NCBI GenBank assembly: GCA_951813565.1 | Contig: OX638351.1 | Span: forward strand, 739,716 to 803,715 | DNA: 64,000 nt | Source of the DNA: an uncultured Poribacteria bacterium | Lineage (GTDB): Bacteria > Poribacteria > WGA-4E > WGA-3G | Direction: 5' to 3' | In this document: positions 60,837-64,000 of the stretch, one piece after another | Layout: each line of letters opens with the position of its first letter | Position numbering within the stretch: the first letter of the stretch is position 1 | The notes under the pieces: generated by a model | Told to the model about the DNA's origin: nothing | What the model saw: the letters and a program-made list of their open reading frames with translations, nothing else | Databases searched by the model: none | Program-made: the position numbers and the translations under genes

Positions 60837-61817
60837 TTATGATGTGCTACCAAACACCAATACATCGTAGTCCTGCCCGTTATACGTAAACTGATTTTTG
60901 AACCTTCCTTCACAAGCAAAACCCGCTGCTTCTAAAACTGCTGCCTTCTTTTCGGCACTGCTATCAACATAACACTGCACTTTCAATTCGGGAAACTTTA
61001 ACGCTGAAAGTAACTCAGGTATAGAATCCGTAAAATTAGGGTGAAAAAAAAGATCAAGGATAGCAACGGCATTGCGCCACTGGCTATCCCTACAGACCGT
61101 TGCCCACCCAACAATTGCCCCGCTTTCTGTGACCAACAGTTTTGCATCATCGTAAGCGTCATCAGTTTCCAAAGTGTGCTTAAAACCAAGAAAACCACCT
61201 TCCAGATTCGTTGGTCCAAAAACGTTCCATGTAAGACTGCGAAGTGCATCCCATCCGACGATAGCGGACAACGCTGTTAACTTCGCCCAGTCATGCCATT
61301 CGACTGATTTCGGCTCCACAGGCGCAGGAGCGAAGTAGTGCTCTTCAAAATCCGTGTTCACATGATACTTCATAAAACCAGACTCTGTAAAAACGCTCTC
61401 AAATCCAAAACTGTGGTAGATATGGTAAGGATGACCACCGTACCCTGTTCCAAGGTATAGTGCGCGGCCATCTCTTTGCCGAAAATCTTCCATCTGATAA
61501 GCGATTGCGCCCTTACATGCTCCCTTTCTACGTTGGTCTGGCAATGTAAATACATGTCCTAAAATACCGATACCTTCATGTTCAACCGTCATGATGTTGG
61601 TAATTACGTTTCCGTCAATTTTCCCAACATAGAAGCGGGTTTCTAACGCATCAAGTGATTCCGTAACACATCGTTCAATATGCCATTTATAGTTCCCCGG
61701 TTTATGTCCGAGAAATTTCTTTATCTCTTCGGCATGTGGTTCATCAGGTACATCAATCATACCAACTTCCATGTTCTCGCCTGTTTTTAGCACTGTGTTT
61801 CCCAATTTTTTATACAT
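60837..61817 (-). CDS. tandem GNAT acetyltransferase
   Basis: VFTLPDQRRKGAC and YHSFGF; second domain LEAAGF..EG. Confidence 0.8.
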   Translation of the reverse strand: MYKKLGNTVLKTGENMEVGMIDVPDEPHAEEIKKFLGHKPGNYKWHIERCVTESLDALETRFYVGKIDGNVITNIMTVEHEGIGILGHVFTLPDQRRKGACKGAIAYQMEDFRQRDGRALYLGTGYGGHPYHIYHSFGFESVFTESGFMKYHVNTDFEEHYFAPAPVEPKSVEWHDWAKLTALSAIVGWDALRSLTWNVFGPTNLEGGFLGFKHTLETDDAYDDAKLLVTESGAIVGWATVCRDSQWRNAVAILDLFFHPNFTDSIPELLSALKFPELKVQCYVDSSAEKKAAVLEAAGFACEGRFKNQFTYNGQDYDVLVFGSTS

Positions 61818-61854
61818 TTTTCCCTCACATCCAGAAAATTTTAACTTTTAATAT

Positions 61855-61902
61855 TTGACAAAATTTTTAAAATATCATATACTTAAAAAGATTAGGTGTC
61901 AA
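61855..61902. promoter_or_regulatory. overlapping divergent sigma70 promoters (ndk and GNAT gene)
   Basis: Plus strand TTGACA(61855)-17-TATACT; minus strand TTGACA(61902)-17-TATGAT. Confidence 0.65.
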
Positions 61903-61964
61903 GAACGAACACCGTCTTTTAAATTGTATAAAACCTTATTGTTAAGAACTGAAACGGAGTTGAT

Positions 61965-62384
61965 ATGGAAATAGAACAGACACTGATTCTGGTGAAACCA
62001 GATGGTGTTCAACGTGGGCTTATTGGAGAGATCATTTCCCGCTACGAACGAAAAGGGCTAAAACTTATTGGGTTGAAATTATTACAACTTCCGCTCGTTA
62101 AAGCGGAAGAACTGTATGCTATCCATAAAGGACAACCTTTTTATGAACGACTCATCGAATTTATGACATCAACTCCTATTGTTGCAATGGCTGTTGAGGG
62201 TAAGAACGCTATTAAATTAGCCCGTCTCATCAACGGTGCAACTGATCCACTTGAATCTGCACCTGGAAGTATTCGCGGGGATTATTCAATTGACATCACA
62301 TATAACCTTGTACATGCATCGGATTGTTTAGAGAACGCCAAGTGTGAATTATCTATTCTATTTTCAGCAGAAGAACTCTGTTAA
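61965..62384 (+). CDS. ndk: nucleoside diphosphate kinase
   Basis: KPDGVQRGLIGEII, GATDP..PGSIRGD, NLVHASD. Confidence 0.97.
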   Translation: MEIEQTLILVKPDGVQRGLIGEIISRYERKGLKLIGLKLLQLPLVKAEELYAIHKGQPFYERLIEFMTSTPIVAMAVEGKNAIKLARLINGATDPLESAPGSIRGDYSIDITYNLVHASDCLENAKCELSILFSAEELC

Positions 62385-62589
62385 TACCGTTTAACTGTTA
62401 TAACAATTTGTGTTCGTTGGCTTTTTATTTTAAATTCAAACGTCACTTTGAAAATTTTAATCCAGAGAGTAATATATGAGGTTAATTATTACTATAATTA
62501 ATCACAGATAGTTGAAAAATTTTGGCTATCGCAAAGTGTTGGTACAGCAATTTGTATCCAACAAACTTTAATTTATATAGGAGGTTAAT

Positions 62590-63405
62590 ATGAATTTTGC
62601 TAATATGTTTAGAGGATTTAATAATGGCATACGTGTAGAGCGTTTTGCCTTCATCGTAATGGTGCTCACCATTGGAGTTGCTTTCAGTGTGTATGCTGGA
62701 AAAGACGATTGCACAAATATTGATGGTGATGGTGACAAACCTATTAAAGAGGTAGGTAAAGAAGATGTTGGCGTTGTGAATGATTACGATGAAGTTGTTG
62801 AAGAGGATGACCGTAAGGGTGTTATCTATCTCGCTCTAATAGGTGGAAGCCAACCGAAAGCAAACGCCTGTGGGCTTATTCCAAAGAATGATGCAGGCCA
62901 ATGGACAGGTTGGGGTGGTCCCCTAAACTTTGATAATGTCACTATCGGTGAAGGTGGCGCTACCCGAAACCATATCGTCATCGGCGGCACCTATTTTGAG
63001 CGCGGTTTCGGCGCGCATGCCGTTGGTACTTTTGTCTACGATTTGACTGGCGATGATTACACCAAATTTGAAGCGTATGTCGGCATGTCCGATGAAAAAG
63101 ACCCGGGTGACTGTGGGCACGGCGGTAGCAGTGATTTCACTTTTTCTGTTGATGGAAAAGAGGCTTTCAAATCCGAGACGCTTAAAGGTTCAGATGGCGG
63201 CGAAAATATTGAAGCGGTCAAGGTCGAATTTGACATCCCCGCAAATGCCAAGGAACTCACAATCGTGATGGGCGACGGTGGCGACGGAATAGGCTGCGAC
63301 CATTCAACAATTGGAGACGCTAAACTCCTTACCGCACAAGCACTTGCGGTTGAACCCGCTAACAAACTCCCTACAATTTGGGGGCATCTGAAAGCGCGCT
63401 ATTAA
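62590..63405 (+). CDS. secreted NPCBM/NEW2 carbohydrate-binding protein with WG-K C-terminal tail
   Basis: IGGTYFERGFGAHA, FEAYVG, DGGDGIGCDH; tail AVEPANKLPTIWGHLKARY. Confidence 0.88.
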   Translation: MNFANMFRGFNNGIRVERFAFIVMVLTIGVAFSVYAGKDDCTNIDGDGDKPIKEVGKEDVGVVNDYDEVVEEDDRKGVIYLALIGGSQPKANACGLIPKNDAGQWTGWGGPLNFDNVTIGEGGATRNHIVIGGTYFERGFGAHAVGTFVYDLTGDDYTKFEAYVGMSDEKDPGDCGHGGSSDFTFSVDGKEAFKSETLKGSDGGENIEAVKVEFDIPANAKELTIVMGDGGDGIGCDHSTIGDAKLLTAQALAVEPANKLPTIWGHLKARY

Positions 63406-63598
63406 ACATTGCAGCATGAAAATAGGTATTACTTATATCTGCTCGTTTTACTTATAGCAGATTTTACAATTAACGGCATATTTTGATAGACACACCTACA
63501 AGTGAGTGTTGACTTATTTTGTTTCACTATAGTCAACTGGTAAATTAACTATATGTATTAGATTACGTTTTTATCAAAACTAATGGAGGTTAAGAACA

Positions 63599-64000
63599 TT
63601 GAAACTTACTAATCTTTTTGCGATAAGCACCTTACTAATCGTCGGACTCGTTTTCAGCGTTTACGCTGACAAAAGCGACTGTACGAATCTTGAAGGTGAC
63701 GGTGCCAAACCTATTACAAAGGTTGCCGATGAAGATCCCGGTGTCCAAAATGACTACGATACAGTCGTTGAAGAAGATGACCGAGATGGTGTCGTTTATC
63801 TCGCTTTAATTGGTGGAAGTCAACCGAAACCCAATGCATGTGGTCTCATTCCAAAAAATCCAGCTGGCGAATGGACAGGTTGGGGTGGCCCGTTAAACTT
63901 TGACAATGCTACTATCGGTGAAGGTGCAACTACCCGAAACCATATTGTCATTGGCGGCATCTACTTTGAGCGCGGTTTCGGTGCACATGCTGTTGGTACT
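63599..64000 (+). CDS. tandem paralog of the NPCBM protein, truncated by the window end
   Basis: TTG start after GGAGG; DKSDCTNLEGDG..YLALIGGSQPKPNACGLIPK..YFERGFGAHAVGT closely matches the upstream gene. Confidence 0.9.
   Translation, partial: MKLTNLFAISTLLIVGLVFSVYADKSDCTNLEGDGAKPITKVADEDPGVQNDYDTVVEEDDRDGVVYLALIGGSQPKPNACGLIPKNPAGEWTGWGGPLNFDNATIGEGATTRNHIVIGGIYFERGFGAHAVGT

Overview
64 kb of ordinary-looking bacterial chromosome, probably from Candidatus Poribacteria or a relative. That assignment is inferred from the YWTD/dockerin/CTD protein, the ECF sigma-TM-propeller fusion, the C-terminal tail AVEPANKLPTIWGHLK and the orphan BMC vertex genes. Housekeeping loci: tRNA(CAU)-tilS-hpt, argG, a variant cytochrome c maturation system (ccmE-F-H plus accessory genes, ccmAB), korAB, eno-ftsB, hemW, ribD-E-BA-H, hisH and ndk. 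There are also catabolic genes (sulfatase, three Gfo/Idh/MocA, a DapA-like aldolase, a Zn-ADH), a type II TA pair, a two-component system and a PorU-like C25 protease. Several things are missing from the ORF track: (1) a left-edge gene fusing a PorV/FadL-like beta-barrel to a lytic transglycosylase; (2) a probable selenoprotein with an in-frame TGA (UxxS); (3) an HNH remnant; (4) a right-edge NPCBM paralog. The most striking non-coding signal is a set of nested miniature elements in the intergenic DNA: GTAG-type REP hairpins, several TIR families wrapped around them, a cassette family that duplicates 19-23 bp hairpin targets, and a ~35 bp AATCAAC-hairpin micro-element inserted inside REPs. No transposase, integrase, cas gene or CRISPR array was seen. 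All family assignments come from motifs recognised by eye; no database search was run.
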